64,000 bases of DNA, taken from contig NC_086097.1 of assembly GCF_963921235.1 (NCBI RefSeq), positions 115,446,001-115,510,000 of the forward strand, given 5' to 3'. Shown here piece by piece: positions 62,461 to 64,000 of the stretch (position 1 is its first letter; every line of letters starts with the position of its first letter). Origin of the DNA: Mobula hypostoma (Eukaryota). Made by a program: the position numbers and the translations under genes. Below the pieces are notes generated by a model. It did no database searches. It worked only from the letters and a program-made list of their open reading frames with translations, and was not told the origin of the DNA.

Positions 62461-63019
62461 GCTGATAATGGCTGACTGGTATAACAGCAATTACAATGAC
62501 ACCAGCCTGTACTTTCCAATTTACAAGATAATTTGTCTGGAACTGTTTGATTTAAGGAGCAGTAACTTGTGCTTGATCAGATATGCTGAATGTATATTAT
62601 AGTAGTCTGTGTACATTTTTGTTCTGCTTCTGGAAATCTCTTCTAGTGATTTTGGACTGCATTATCTGATTATGAATGGCAGCAACTATAAAGACAGTGG
62701 TTGAGCAGCAGAGGTGTCGATTTAAGGGTGGACAGCAAATGTGTGCTTCATTCAGTAAGAGGCCACCCACAGGGTGGTTGTCCCTATCCCTAATTCCTAA
62801 CCTGATCCCTTAGTCACCTCTGTGTCTCCAAAAGCAATCCTAAGAACCCCCAAAACACTAATAAACAACTAAGTCTGAACTGCTGCCTATTTCTTGACCT
62901 AGTGTACCTCACTGCAGTACTTACAAAACAACCCCGGCATCCGGAATGCGATCTAAAACTGGAAGCTTCAGAGCCATGTCCCACAGATAGCAGATAGTGA
63001 TAGCTATTCAAATATTACC

Positions 63020-63920
63020 TAAACACACTTCATGACCCTCTCTAACACAACGATCTTCTCTGACACACTTCATAACCCTCTCTAACACAATGATCCCCTC
63101 TATCACACTTTATAATCCTCTCTAACACACTTAATGACTCTTTCTAACACAATGATCCTCTCTATCACATTTCACGACTCTCTCTAACACACCATGACCC
63201 TCTCTATCACACTTCATGACACTCTGTCACACAATGACCCTATCTAATGCACTTCATGACCCACCCTAACACACTTCACGACCTTCTGTATCGCACTTCA
63301 CGACTCTCTCTAGCACACTACGTGACCCTCTCTAACACACCATGACCCTCTCTAATGCACTTCATGACCCTCTGTAACACACAATGACCCTATCTGACAC
63401 ACTTCATGATCCTCTCTAATGCACCATGACTCTCTCTATCACACTTCACGACTCTCTGTAACACACAATGACCCTCTCTAACACACTTCATGACCCTCTC
63501 TAACACACTTCACGACCCTCTCTAACACACTTCATAACCCTTTCAAACACACTTCACGACCCTGTTTAACACACTTCATGACCCTCTCTAACACACTTCA
63601 CGACCCTCTCTAACACACTTCATAACCCTTTCAAACACACTTCACGACCCTGTTTAACACACTTCATGACCCTCTCTAACACACTTCATGACCCTCTCTA
63701 ATGCACCATGACTCTCTCTATCACACTTCACGACTCTCTGTAACACACAATGACCCTCTCTAACACACTTCATGACCCTCTCTAACACACTTCACGACCC
63801 TCTCTAACACACTTCATGACCCTTTCAAACACACTTCACGACCCCGTTTAACACACTTCATGACACTCTCTCACACAATGACCCTCTCTAACACACTTCA
63901 TGACCCTCTCTAACACTCAT
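63020..63920 (+). repeat. 22-bp minisatellite (ACACACTTCATGACCCTCTCTA)n, roughly 40 units, with shorter variants
   Basis: The tandem array is directly visible. Confidence 0.97.
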
Positions 63921-64000
63921 GCTCTGTCAAGGACATTTAATCATTCAAATTACCACTCTAACTCTTGCAGAGGTGTACTGGAGAAACCAACATGGGCATT

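Noticed and set aside
63020..63920. Regular short repeat array as a CRISPR array
   Set aside because: The units are contiguous with no unique spacers, there are no cas genes, and the context is eukaryotic.

Overview
This is eukaryotic (vertebrate) intronic or intergenic DNA with no host protein-coding exon I can support. The repeat mix suggests a cartilaginous fish, probably a ray; this is inference from CR1 LINEs with an esterase ORF1, DeuSINE/SacSINE1-like and V-SINE-like tRNA SINEs, and abundant Rex1/Babar and Penelope copies. Most of the window is nested transposable elements. The main ones are: an L1 with both ends, a 15-bp TSD and an internal deletion (11368-15827), probably inside a Gypsy LTR; a young CR1 (18966-22780) inserted in the RNase H domain of a Nimb/I-clade LINE; a near full-length Neptune-type Penelope-like element (PLE) with an inverted 5' arm and a TSD (37540-41905); further CR1, Rex1/Babar, RTE, Tc1 and MITE copies; and a 22-bp minisatellite with higher-order structure (about 63020-63920). 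The most interesting signal is about a dozen PLE-derived minimal hammerhead ribozyme motifs on both strands. These include a 93-bp hammerhead-plus-tail insertion with its own 12-bp TSD, fold-back mini-elements centred on the ribozyme, a tandem hammerhead pair, and a PLE body that starts 5 nt after the predicted cleavage site. Hammerheads in PLEs are already known, so only these arrangements may be new. Boundaries of degenerate repeats are approximate because they were read by eye.
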